Source: Myxococcota bacterium
Lineage (GTDB): Bacteria > Myxococcota_A > UBA796 > GCA-2862545
Direction of reading: 5' to 3'
DNA: 40,896 bases
NCBI GenBank assembly: GCA_039208735.1
Contig: JBCCQY010000075.1
Coordinates: 1-40,896, forward strand
A program made the translations under genes and the position numbers. Positions 31,447-40,512 of the stretch are shown piece after piece (the first letter of the stretch is position 1; each line of letters begins with the position of its first letter). The notes below the pieces were generated by a model. That model did not search any database and had not been told where the DNA came from. It worked only from the letters and a program-made list of their open reading frames with translations.

Positions 31447-32696
31447 TGCTGCCTCCGGTTGGCCGTGAGCGCCCGACAACACAGCGCGAACCCGACCAGC
31501 CCCGCAATCACCGAAACAAGACCTCCCAGGCGCGGCAACGCAAGGCTGGTGCCGACCACACCACCCATCCACCAAAGGAACGGCCCGAGTGATGGCCGAT
31601 CTGGACGATGAATCACGGTTCCCACGACCCCAACCGCAAGCGCGCTGAACAACGCAAACTGCGTCGCCTGGTCCAAGATCCCGAGGACCGGCAGCCCGCC
31701 AACCGCAGCCACCGCCCAAGAGGGCGAAGTCAGGCCCGCGGCCAACAGGACCAGCGCAAACGCACGCGTGCGCACCCGGACGGGCCAAGGGGAGGGATCG
31801 AACTGGGTACCCAGGCGCTGGACGAGGGCGGTGAGGCCGCCATGGGCGATCAGGGCGGCTATGCCCGTCCCGACCAGTCCTGCGCCGCGAACCAAGCCGG
31901 ATGAGTCGGCATTGTTGCGCCGCATCAACGCGATCACGGCGGCGAGGGCAGCGGCCAGTCCGAGGCTTTCCCACAACCGTCGCCGCTCCCGGCGGGTCAA
32001 CAGCTGGGCGTCTCGGTGCAAGAGCGCGGCCAACGGACTTTGGGGTTGCGGCCACGGATTCGCGGCGCGGCCTTCCCCACCTTCGATGGCCCATTCGCGC
32101 GCCGCGCGACCGAGCCAGGGCACCCCGAATCGAATCGCCAAGAGCCACACGAGGGGCGCCAACCAGGGAAAACGCTGCGTAAGCGTGCCGAAAACGACGA
32201 CCCCCACCACGAGAAGTCCGCCTCGCCACGGTCGAGGTCCTCCCAACGCTCCCATCCCCAACGCCCCGAGCAGCGTCCAGGTCAGGGCGGTGACTCCCGA
32301 GCCGGTTGCGATGCCGCCCATCACACCCAAAGGCAAGGCCAACAGCCCCAGCAAGGTGAGACTGGCCACGCCCAGGTCTACCGCCTCGAGGGGCTGACGC
32401 AGCAATCGCTCGTGCGAAGCAAGCCAAACTCGTCGGAGTCGTCGACGTTCGAACAGCCCCTGGGCCGCAACCAACGATCCCAAGGTCACGCCATGCCACC
32501 ACGCGGGCGCCTGTTGCACGAGATGCCAGGTGGTAGGCCAATCGACAATGGCATCGAGCTGAACGATGGCCATGAGCAAGAGCACCATCTTGCCGAACAG
32601 ATCAACGCCCACCGCGGCGCCGACGCGATCCCAGCCCCACCGGAGCGCGATCCGCCACACCCTGAAAGCTCGAAGATGGAAAGGGGTTTGTTGCAT
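31443..32696 (-). CDS. Polytopic membrane protein, probable ABC exporter permease
   Basis: About 12 TM in two halves joined by ALLHRDAQLLTR. Translationally coupled to the ABC ATPase. Confidence 0.65.
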   Translation of the reverse strand: MQQTPFHLRAFRVWRIALRWGWDRVGAAVGVDLFGKMVLLLMAIVQLDAIVDWPTTWHLVQQAPAWWHGVTLGSLVAAQGLFERRRLRRVWLASHERLLRQPLEAVDLGVASLTLLGLLALPLGVMGGIATGSGVTALTWTLLGALGMGALGGPRPWRGGLLVVGVVVFGTLTQRFPWLAPLVWLLAIRFGVPWLGRAAREWAIEGGEGRAANPWPQPQSPLAALLHRDAQLLTRRERRRLWESLGLAAALAAVIALMRRNNADSSGLVRGAGLVGTGIAALIAHGGLTALVQRLGTQFDPSPWPVRVRTRAFALVLLAAGLTSPSWAVAAVGGLPVLGILDQATQFALFSALAVGVVGTVIHRPDRPSLGPFLWWMGGVVGTSLALPRLGGLVSVIAGLVGFALCCRALTANRRQQ

Positions 32697-32716
32697 CGAG
32701 GCACCTATCGCGAAGG

Positions 32717-32754
32717 AGGCCCCCCGGGTGGCCCATCCCCCACCCGGAAGGCCT
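32717..32754 (-). terminator. GC-rich hairpin after the DUF5682 gene
   Basis: Minus strand AGGCCTTCCGGGTGG-loop-CCACCCGGGGGGCCT forms a 15-bp stem with two G.U pairs that work only on the minus strand. Confidence 0.5.
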
Positions 32755-32805
32755 GGATCGCGAGTCGATCCTCAAAGAAGTCGGCCGCGACCCTGCACTC
32801 TGAGC

Positions 32806-35241
32806 TTAGCCGGCGCCTGGTGTGCCGCAACTGGAAATCCAGGTTTCGAAACGCTCATGAATGGTCGCATCCATCTCGGCTGCCCATTGGCGTTCGGACT
32901 CGGGAAACACAAGAACTTCATGAGGAACCGGATCGACCAATCCGGCAACTCTCACCCCTAGATCCGCGATTTCCGCCGGGATAAACACGGAAAATGCACG
33001 CCGAAAGTCGGGCAAAACCCTGCGGAAAGCGTCTTCATCGAGTCGCTGCAACGTTTCATTCACCGCTGCAAGCAGCCGCTCGGAGGTCACGATGGTGCTC
33101 CGAGCCACACGAAGCAGCCCCTCTAGGAAGGCTCCGCCGCTCAGCACCGACTCGGTGGGCCCGTTTAGGTAGGCTTGAAGCGAAGCCACGACCTGTCGTT
33201 CGGACAATGCTCCGAAGGTGTGCAGAAGGCCCTGGGCCGCGCCTCGGACCATGGGTTGAGCCCCCTCGGTCGTGGCCACTTCGGCGAGGCGATCGAGTAG
33301 CAAGGCCCGATCCCGCGGCGAGCCGTCGGGGCCTGGTGTCACCCCGATTCGCACGAGCGACTGGATGCGAGTGACGAAGGTCGTGGCTTCTTCGTCGGGC
33401 ACATTGCGGACCGAAGGCAGGGTGAGACAACTGCGGGTGTACAGCGCATCCGATGCCTCTGCGATTCGCGTTTCCTCGATGTTCCGCCGCAATGCGCTGA
33501 GGTACCCGGCCAAGGCTCCGGTCTGCTCGAGCGCTCGCACCAGGTGTTCGAACGCATCGTCGGAGGCCGCCGCCGCAAGCAAGGCCTCTAGGGCAACGGG
33601 AAGCAAGTCGGTGGTCTGAACCTGGGCGATCGAGGCCACCACATCTGCGACGGCCGCCACATCGGTTCCTGCGGACCGAAGCTCCTCATAGAGCATCGCC
33701 GCTGCGGCCTCACGAATCGATGGCCCACGGTCAGACAGCTCGACAAGCCGATCGTCGACCTCCTCCGTCCATGCAAACGCCCAAGTCTCGGTCGTGAGAT
33801 GCAGGTCATCGCCCGAGACCCAATCGGGCCCCTTGAAGGGGCCGTCGGTATCGGGAATCCCTCCAAAACACGGGATGTCGAGCACACGGCAGCGGTGGAG
33901 AAAGGCCGACTTTTCTTGGTGTTTGACCTGCTTGTGGATGTCGCAGCGCACCATTCGCTCGGTACCCGTGACATCCAGGCGATGGGCTTTGGCCTGCAGG
34001 TAGAAGTCCTGAAGGAGCGGTGGCTGTCCCGCACCCTCTGCGACCTGCCCCAAGGCGGATCCTCGCAATGCACGACGCAACGCATGCATGACCTCGGGAC
34101 CCGCCGTCCGCACATCTCCTTTGACGAACGCACTTGTGGCCGCGTCAGCCGCATCACGGGCGGTGGGTGCGGCTTGCTCTCGAAGATGGGCGAGGCCTTG
34201 AGCCACCTGCAAGGCGCCGACCGCGTCGGCCGTGCCCAGAGGAAGCCCCCGTTGCCGTAGGTCATCCACCGCGCGAACCAACACCTCGAGCACCGCCTCC
34301 TGGTGAGGCGAGGCCGCGTGGTTGCGGGCAGCTCGAAACACGGCCTCACCAAATCCAGGATTCGGGGACCCCGGCGCAAGACGGGCCAGCGCCCGGTAGG
34401 AGTGCGCACACAGCAGGGTCTTGGACTGGGCATCCGGCTTGCCGGGCGCTCGCTTGCCCTTCAGGAACGGCAGCGCAACGCTGTGGTAGGCGCCGGTGAG
34501 GATGAGCAAGTCCCCGTCAGGGTGCGTCTTCCGAAGTTTGTCGATCCATGAGCGCATGTGGGCTTCGCGAAGGGCATTGTTGGGGTCGTCGCCCGCTCCG
34601 GAAACGTGCCTCGCGCACCAAGCAAAGGTGAGCACCGCCTTTCGAAACGCCTCGGTTGAAGTCCGGAACGCGCCCGCCTCAAACGTGGCGTCCCAGAACG
34701 CGTCGAAGGTGGGGTGGCCGGTACGCGTCGCCAATTCAGCAAAGAAGCGGTTTTCTGCCAATCCGCGATCACTCGGCCGTTGCTCGACACTGTGCAAGGT
34801 TGGCAGCTGGGCCTTCAGTGACGCATCGATGAAGTAGGTCGGAACCTCACGCTCCGCCGCGGTGACCACCGCTGCGTATTCCGGCCCGTGCACCACGAAC
34901 GGCCACCAGCCCCGGTACCGAGCGGGAACGTCTTTCGAGACCGACCACTCTCCGTTCTTCCCAAGCTTGTTGGATTTGTCGACCCAGCTCGAAAGGATGG
35001 TGACCGGGGGTACGGTGTCTTCGTGGACAAGCCATGGAATCAGCTCGTTGGCGTCGTCGGGGCCTTCGATCAACACCGCCGCAAAAGGCCGTTCCTCGAT
35101 CAATCGTCGCACGTGGATGGCGCAGGCGGGGCTGTAGTGCTTGATCCCCATCCAGACAAGACCTGAATCCTCGAGGATAGCCTGGACACCGGCGTCCACA
35201 TTCTCGGGTGAGGGCGGGCGGAGTCGTTTCTTGCGCGGCAT
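32806..35241 (-). CDS. DUF5682 family protein (YehM-like)
   Basis: GIKHYSPACA..AVLIEGP, WPFVVHGPEYAA, REAHM, LTGAYH and SAFLHR..TETW. TraB/ChaN-like N-terminal motifs. Confidence 0.88.
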   Translation of the reverse strand: MPRKKRLRPPSPENVDAGVQAILEDSGLVWMGIKHYSPACAIHVRRLIEERPFAAVLIEGPDDANELIPWLVHEDTVPPVTILSSWVDKSNKLGKNGEWSVSKDVPARYRGWWPFVVHGPEYAAVVTAAEREVPTYFIDASLKAQLPTLHSVEQRPSDRGLAENRFFAELATRTGHPTFDAFWDATFEAGAFRTSTEAFRKAVLTFAWCARHVSGAGDDPNNALREAHMRSWIDKLRKTHPDGDLLILTGAYHSVALPFLKGKRAPGKPDAQSKTLLCAHSYRALARLAPGSPNPGFGEAVFRAARNHAASPHQEAVLEVLVRAVDDLRQRGLPLGTADAVGALQVAQGLAHLREQAAPTARDAADAATSAFVKGDVRTAGPEVMHALRRALRGSALGQVAEGAGQPPLLQDFYLQAKAHRLDVTGTERMVRCDIHKQVKHQEKSAFLHRCRVLDIPCFGGIPDTDGPFKGPDWVSGDDLHLTTETWAFAWTEEVDDRLVELSDRGPSIREAAAAMLYEELRSAGTDVAAVADVVASIAQVQTTDLLPVALEALLAAAASDDAFEHLVRALEQTGALAGYLSALRRNIEETRIAEASDALYTRSCLTLPSVRNVPDEEATTFVTRIQSLVRIGVTPGPDGSPRDRALLLDRLAEVATTEGAQPMVRGAAQGLLHTFGALSERQVVASLQAYLNGPTESVLSGGAFLEGLLRVARSTIVTSERLLAAVNETLQRLDEDAFRRVLPDFRRAFSVFIPAEIADLGVRVAGLVDPVPHEVLVFPESERQWAAEMDATIHERFETWISSCGTPGAG

Positions 35242-35244
35242 GGC

Positions 35245-36369
35245 CTAGATCTGGTCGCGGGCCGCGTAGTAGGCCTTCCATAGCCCCACGTCGCGCGCCG
35301 CCCGAGGCTTGACCGCCACCTCAAAGTAGTCTCGAAGGACCTTGGCTTCGCCGGCCTCCTCCTTGGCCACCGTCCCGGCCAGCTGCATGACCACGTGCTG
35401 AGGCTCGACGACTTGTTCCCCAAAGAAGGCCGCTTGGAGCACCGCATTTTGCCCCACCGCCACCGCTTCAGCCGTCGACATGGCATTGGAGGGTCGGGAG
35501 AGCTGTGTGCCGTCTGCGGTTCGACCGTCGCGCAGTTCGTGGAACGTCGTCACGAGCAACTCGAGAACCCCTTCATCGAGAGTGACTGCGGCCGCGGGCG
35601 ACTGAGCGGTTCGTTCTTCGATCTGTGACCGAACCACGGCCATTTCCTGGGCCAAATCCGCAATGGGGGGCACCGTCTCAAAGTGGAATCGGCGCTTGAG
35701 TGCCGCACTCATCTCGTGCACCCCACGATCGCGCGTGTTGGCCGTGGCGATCACGTTGAACCCGGGTCGGGCAAGAACGAGCCCCTCATCGCCCGAAAGT
35801 TCGGGCACCATCAGCAATTTTTCGGAGAGTGCTTGCAGCAGGGTGTCTTGCACTTCGTGGGGAGCCCGTGTGATTTCCTCAAATCGGACCAACGCGCCTT
35901 GTTGCATCCCCAAGTAGAGCGGCGCGGGCACCAGCGCGCGTGGAGAGGGGCCTTCCGCCAGCAACAACGCGTAGTTCCAGGCGTACTTGATCTGATCTTC
36001 AGTCAACCCCGCCGTGCCCTGAATGGTGTGTCGCGACGTACCGCTGATCGCGGCCGCGAGGTGTTCCGAGAGCCAACTCTTGGCGGTTCCCGGCTCGCCC
36101 ACAAGCAGCAACGCCCGATCGCTCGCCAACGTGGTGATCGCCCGTTGAACGAGCACATCGTGTCCCACCACCTTGCGGGTGATCGAGATAGTCTGCTCGG
36201 TTCCCGCGTCGTCGGTGTAGACGATGGGCTCGTCCTCACCCACCACAAACCGCCATGCGGCCTTGGGAGACAAAGCCCAGCCCTGGGGTTTGGGGCGGTC
36301 ATCGGTCGCCGCAAGGGCGGCCAGCTCATCAGCCCAGCGACGTTCCGCGGGCAGCCGGATGGCATCCAT
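35245..36369 (-). CDS. MoxR-clade AAA+ ATPase (YehL-like)
   Basis: RLPAE..ELAAL..KPQGWALSP, LVGEPGTAKSWLSEHL, YAWNYALLLAEGP, RFEEITR and ATANTRDRGVHEMSAALKRRF. Confidence 0.93.
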   Translation of the reverse strand: MDAIRLPAERRWADELAALAATDDRPKPQGWALSPKAAWRFVVGEDEPIVYTDDAGTEQTISITRKVVGHDVLVQRAITTLASDRALLLVGEPGTAKSWLSEHLAAAISGTSRHTIQGTAGLTEDQIKYAWNYALLLAEGPSPRALVPAPLYLGMQQGALVRFEEITRAPHEVQDTLLQALSEKLLMVPELSGDEGLVLARPGFNVIATANTRDRGVHEMSAALKRRFHFETVPPIADLAQEMAVVRSQIEERTAQSPAAAVTLDEGVLELLVTTFHELRDGRTADGTQLSRPSNAMSTAEAVAVGQNAVLQAAFFGEQVVEPQHVVMQLAGTVAKEEAGEAKVLRDYFEVAVKPRAARDVGLWKAYYAARDQI

Positions 36370-36384
36370 GGCCCGTGCCTAGCT

Positions 36385-38001
36385 TCAGAACCAGCGTTCG
36401 ACCACCGTGTCTTCAAGGAACCGGTCGTCGGACTCCGGAAAATCGAGCGTGTAGTGCAGCCCTCGGCTCTCGCGACGTCGCAACGCGCTCTTGATGATCA
36501 CGTCTGCGACGTTCACGAGGTTGCGAAGTTCGACGAGTTCCCCGGTCAGCTTGAAGTCCCAGTAGTAGCTGTTGACTTCGTCCTTCACGAGCCGGATTCT
36601 CCGCAGCGCGCGCTTCAGTCGCCGATGGGTCCGGACGATGCCCACGTAGCTCCACATGAAGGACCGGATCTCCTTCCAGGTCTGCTGAATCACCACGAGT
36701 TCGTCGGACGCGGTCGCTGAACCGGGGTCCCACCGCGGCAAGTCGTCGCTTGCTTCGAGATCATCCAACCGCTCGACGCACGTGCGGGCCGCGTGGTGCG
36801 CAAACACCAAGTTTTCGAGTAGGCTGTTTGATGCTAAACGATTGGCCCCGTGCAGACCCGTGCACGACACCTCGCCGATCGCGAACAAGTTGCGGATCGA
36901 GCTTTCACCGTTGAGCCGCGTCTGTACGCCGCCACACAAGTAGTGAGCCGCCGGCACGACGGGAATGGGGTCCGTCGACATGTCAATGCCCAACGACCGT
37001 AGCTTCGCGTCGATGTTGGGAAACTTGTGCTCGGCGTCGTCTCTCGACAGGTGGGTCATGTCGAGGAAGACACAGTCCAACCCTCGTCGCTTGAGCTGGT
37101 CGTCGATGGCCCGGGCCACGATGTCGCGTGGAGCAAGTTCTTCGCGAGGATCCACGATGGGCATGAAGCGGGTGCCGTCCGGGAGCACAAGCTTGCCTCC
37201 TTCACCCCGGAGCGCCTCGGAGATGAGGAAGTGATGCTCCTTGTCGTGGTAGAGGCACGTTGGGTGGAACTGCACGAACTCCATGTTGGCGATCCGTGCT
37301 CCCGCTCGCCAGGCCATAGCCAACCCGTCCCCGGTTGCAATCTCGGGGTTGGTCGTGAACTTGTAGACCTTGCCAGCGCCCCCCGTGGCAAGCACAGTGG
37401 CTTTCGCGGAAATGACATGGACCGCTCCCGGCCCACCCTGCAGATCGAGGACATAGGCACCGAGCACTCGGTCCTCTTCCGGAGGAATCGCCTGACGACG
37501 ACGGGCGATCCAGCGTTCGGTGATGAGGTCCACCGCCATGAAGTGGTCGATGATTTCGATGTTCGGATGGGCCACACAAGCGGCATTGAGTGCGCGAACG
37601 ATCTCCTGACCCGTAAAGTCGGCCGCGTGGAGGATGCGCCGGTGGCTGTGGCCTCCTTCGCGGTGCAGATCGTACTCCTGCGGATCGGTGTCGCTCCTCG
37701 TAAACTGGGCCCCAATGTCGATCAGCTCGCGAACCCGGTCTGGCCCTTCGCGGACTGTTTGCTGAACCGCCTCGCCGCGACAGAGGCCCGCTCCGGCCAC
37801 AAAGGTGTCTCGGACGTGGTTTTCGTAGGCATCGTCGTCGGACCAGACGGCCGCGATTCCGCCCTGTGCGTATCGGCTGTTGCTCTCCTGCGGCACCGTC
37901 TTGGTGAGCATGAGAACTTGGCCGTGGTCGGCGGCTCGCAGGGCGAACCACATGCCCGCCACCCCACTTCCAATGACGAGGAAGTCCGTCTTCCGTGCCA
38001 T
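36385..38001 (-). CDS. nadB: L-aspartate oxidase
   Basis: VIGSGVAG, SRYAQGGIA, REGGHSHRRILH, QFHPT, LISEALRGEG, GLHGANRLASNSLLE and ESRGLHY. Confidence 0.97.
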   Translation of the reverse strand: MARKTDFLVIGSGVAGMWFALRAADHGQVLMLTKTVPQESNSRYAQGGIAAVWSDDDAYENHVRDTFVAGAGLCRGEAVQQTVREGPDRVRELIDIGAQFTRSDTDPQEYDLHREGGHSHRRILHAADFTGQEIVRALNAACVAHPNIEIIDHFMAVDLITERWIARRRQAIPPEEDRVLGAYVLDLQGGPGAVHVISAKATVLATGGAGKVYKFTTNPEIATGDGLAMAWRAGARIANMEFVQFHPTCLYHDKEHHFLISEALRGEGGKLVLPDGTRFMPIVDPREELAPRDIVARAIDDQLKRRGLDCVFLDMTHLSRDDAEHKFPNIDAKLRSLGIDMSTDPIPVVPAAHYLCGGVQTRLNGESSIRNLFAIGEVSCTGLHGANRLASNSLLENLVFAHHAARTCVERLDDLEASDDLPRWDPGSATASDELVVIQQTWKEIRSFMWSYVGIVRTHRRLKRALRRIRLVKDEVNSYYWDFKLTGELVELRNLVNVADVIIKSALRRRESRGLHYTLDFPESDDRFLEDTVVERWF

Positions 38002-38048
38002 GGCGCACCTCCAAGGAGGCCGATATCGTCGGCGCGGAGGCCCGGCCC

Positions 38049-38588
38049 GTGCGGCGGTACGTCCCCAACGCCATCACGATCTCTCGGGGCCTCTGCGGGC
38101 CTCTCGTCGTCTATCTCCTGGTCGGTTTGAACGAGAACCTGATCGCGTTCTGGACGTTCCTCTTCGCCATGGTCACCGATCTGCTCGACGGTTTCGCAGC
38201 CCGTCTACTCAACGCGTTCCACCCGGCTGGACTGTGGCTCGATCCCCTGGCCGACAAGGTCCTGACCGATTGCTGCTGGATTGCGCTCGGTTGGGTGGGG
38301 TACGCGCCGGTGTGGTTGTGCGCCGCAATGGTCCTGCGCGACGTCATCGTGATGTCGGGGTGGGCCTTCGTCTGGGCACGCGGCCTCAAGCTACAGTGGA
38401 CGCCGCGACCGGCCGGGCAGGTGATGGTGTCCTTCGAGGCGGTGGCGCTTTGTGTCCTGCTCTTTCATGGGCCCTACCTCAATACCCACTGGCCCACGGT
38501 TGGCACGGTGCTTGGCACGATCAGCCTCGTGCTGTCCCTGATCTCGCTGCTCGAATACGCCCTGGTAGGACCGGAGGCCGCCTCGTGA
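38049..38588 (+). CDS. CDP-alcohol phosphatidyltransferase family protein (copy 1)
   Basis: PNAITISR and TDLLDGFAAR..GLWLDPLADK signature. GTG start with a GGAGG RBS. Confidence 0.9.
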   Translation: MRRYVPNAITISRGLCGPLVVYLLVGLNENLIAFWTFLFAMVTDLLDGFAARLLNAFHPAGLWLDPLADKVLTDCCWIALGWVGYAPVWLCAAMVLRDVIVMSGWAFVWARGLKLQWTPRPAGQVMVSFEAVALCVLLFHGPYLNTHWPTVGTVLGTISLVLSLISLLEYALVGPEAAS

Positions 38589-39184
38589 GTTCCGCACCCC
38601 CCGTGCACCCCAATGTCATCACTGCCGCACGCATTCCTCTCGCCCCCGTGGCGGTGGCGTTTATGGTGCTCGATACGCCCACGGGCATCATCGTCGCGAC
38701 GGTACTCGCGCTGCTCCTCGAACTCACCGACATCCTCGATGGCCAGATCGCCCGTCGCTACGGTGTAGTCTCGGCATTTGGCAAGTTGTTCGACCCGTTC
38801 TCCGACGCCGTGACCCGCTACACGCTGTTCTTGGGCATGTACGCGATTGGCGTGGCGGACCTGTGGATGCTCATCGCCATCTTCTTCCGAGACTCGTCGG
38901 TCTCGTTCTTCAGGTCGGTCGCGGCCATCCGTCAGGTCGTGGTCGCAGCCAGGTTCTCCGGCAAGCTCAAAGCGGTCGTGCAGGGAGTTGGCACCCAGCT
39001 CATCTTCATCTCGTTGCTGATCTTGAAGCTTGCGCCTGATTGGGGCCTTCCGCCGCAGACGCCCAATGCCATCATGTGGATCATCACGCTGGTCACCCTC
39101 GGGTCGCTGGTGGACTACTTCGTCGGCAACCTGCCCATCCTCCGCGCCGCCTGGAATGACGAATCGGTGACCCATGAATCTTGA
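38585..39184 (+). CDS. CDP-alcohol phosphatidyltransferase family protein (copy 2, PgsA-like)
   Basis: PNVITAAR, TDILDGQIAR..FGKLFDPFSD and AARFSGKLKAVVQ. GTGA overlap with copy 1. Confidence 0.9.
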   Translation: MSSAPPVHPNVITAARIPLAPVAVAFMVLDTPTGIIVATVLALLLELTDILDGQIARRYGVVSAFGKLFDPFSDAVTRYTLFLGMYAIGVADLWMLIAIFFRDSSVSFFRSVAAIRQVVVAARFSGKLKAVVQGVGTQLIFISLLILKLAPDWGLPPQTPNAIMWIITLVTLGSLVDYFVGNLPILRAAWNDESVTHES

Positions 39185-40208
39185 TGGCCTGTGGCCTTGG
39201 GTACGTCCCCTGGTCTTCGCACTCGACGCCGAACCTGCTCACGAATGGACCATGCGATTGATCGAAGCGGTGGGTCGCTATGCGGGCCCCGTGGTGGACG
39301 AGCCGTCGCCTCCCGGGCTCGAAGTCCGGCTGGGTCCGCTGACCCTGCCAAATCCGGTGGGCCTCGCGGCGGGCCTGGACAAGAACGGTGTGGGGGTCGA
39401 GTTTTGGCCGACGCTTGGATTCGGCTTCGTCGAAGTCGGGACCGTGACCGCCCATGCGCAACCTGGGAATCCCCGTCCTCGCTTGTTTAGGCTCCCCGAG
39501 TCTCGGGCCCTTGTGAACCGCCTCGGCTTCAACAACCGGGGCTCGGAAGCGATGGCCGAACGGCTACGAGCCTTGCGCCACACCGGACGTTGGCCAAGGG
39601 TGCCTATCGGGGCCAACGTGGGCAAAAGCAAGATCACGCCGAACGAAGAAGCCCCCCGTGACTACGCGCTTTCGGTTCGTCGACTCGCCGGGCTCGTCGA
39701 TTGGTTCACCATCAACGTCAGCTCGCCCAACACCGTGGGCCTCCGGTCGTTGCAAGCGGCCGATGCCCTCGCCCGCATCGTTGAAGCGGTCCTGGTCGAG
39801 GCGTCTGGGGCCCCCGTCTTTGTGAAATTGGCTCCTGACCTCACCAACGAAGCGATCGCGGATGCGGTCGGCATCGCCCGAGAGGGAGGAATCACGGCCA
39901 TCGTTGCCACCAACACGACCATCCAACGTCCCGGGGTCGACACGACCGAGACCGGAGGCCTCTCAGGTCGCCCATTGTGGCCCCTGGCCAAGGATCGGAT
40001 TGGCGCCGTCATCGAGGCGGCCGATGGTCTGCCGGTGATCGGCGTGGGAGGCATTGAAACAGCCACTCAGATTAGCGAGCTGATCGACCTTGGGTGCACC
40101 GCGATCCAGCTCTACACCTCCTTCATCTATGAGGGACCGGGCCTTCCGCGTCGGCTCACCACGGCCCTCGCCGCGCGACGAGCCGAGATCTCTCGGTTGG
40201 GGGCTTGA
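39174..40208 (+). CDS. pyrD: Quinone-dependent dihydroorotate dehydrogenase
   Basis: NPVGLAAGLDKNG, GNPRPRLFRL, NVGKSK, INVSSPNT, VKLAPD, TNTT and GGLSG. Confidence 0.97.
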   Translation: MNLDGLWPWVRPLVFALDAEPAHEWTMRLIEAVGRYAGPVVDEPSPPGLEVRLGPLTLPNPVGLAAGLDKNGVGVEFWPTLGFGFVEVGTVTAHAQPGNPRPRLFRLPESRALVNRLGFNNRGSEAMAERLRALRHTGRWPRVPIGANVGKSKITPNEEAPRDYALSVRRLAGLVDWFTINVSSPNTVGLRSLQAADALARIVEAVLVEASGAPVFVKLAPDLTNEAIADAVGIAREGGITAIVATNTTIQRPGVDTTETGGLSGRPLWPLAKDRIGAVIEAADGLPVIGVGGIETATQISELIDLGCTAIQLYTSFIYEGPGLPRRLTTALAARRAEISRLGA

Positions 40209-40232
40209 CGCTCCGCGGCCGCCAGTTACTCT
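40205..40232 (+). promoter_or_regulatory. Sigma70-like promoter of tRNA-Gly
   Basis: TTGACG, 16 nt, TACTCT, ending 10 nt before the tRNA. Confidence 0.5.
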
Positions 40233-40242
40233 CAAGCCTGCT

Positions 40243-40314
40243 GCGGGTGTAGCTCAGTGGTAGAGCCCCACGTTGCCAACGTGGCTGTCGTCAGTTCGAA
40301 TCTGATCACCCGCT
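40243..40314 (+). tRNA. tRNA-Gly (GCC), CCA not encoded
   Basis: Acceptor stem GCGGGTG/CACCCGC, D arm GCTC..GAGC, anticodon arm CCACG-TTGCCAA-CGTGG, T arm GTCAG-TTCGAAT-CTGAT, discriminator T. Confidence 0.97.
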
Positions 40315-40333
40315 CTCTTCCTTCTTCTGCAAA

Positions 40334-40512
40334 TCCCCCACAACCGCGCACTCTTCCACAGCGCACCGAATCAAGAATGCGGGCTTACCCAAGCCTCGGT
40401 GATTTGGTTGTGCCAGTGATTGGTAGGTTCGTCGAGCATCTTCCAAATTTGGAACAACACTCGTAATGGGATTTGTGCACAATCTTGTCGAGCTTCCCCA
40501 GAGTTATCCACA
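40334..40512. promoter_or_regulatory. Cluster of DnaA-box-like 9-mers
   Basis: Perfect TTATCCACA (40504-12), plus TTGTGCACAA (40473-82, both strands), TCTTCCACA (40352-60), TCCCCCACA (40334-42) and TTCCCCAGA (40494-502), in a relatively AT-rich gap. Confidence 0.5.

Noticed and set aside
30847..32541. 564-aa ORF suggesting a long N-terminal fusion to the ABC ATPase; likewise the extensions of 37880-39184, 24793-26121 and 19324-20946
   Set aside because: The extensions overlap other real genes or promoters and look non-coding. Downstream starts with an RBS, a stop-start overlap or a -10 element fit better.
40243..40500. tRNA-Gly as the attachment site of an integrated island
   Set aside because: No integrase or duplicated tRNA 3' end was seen, and the next gene is a housekeeping-type oxidoreductase.
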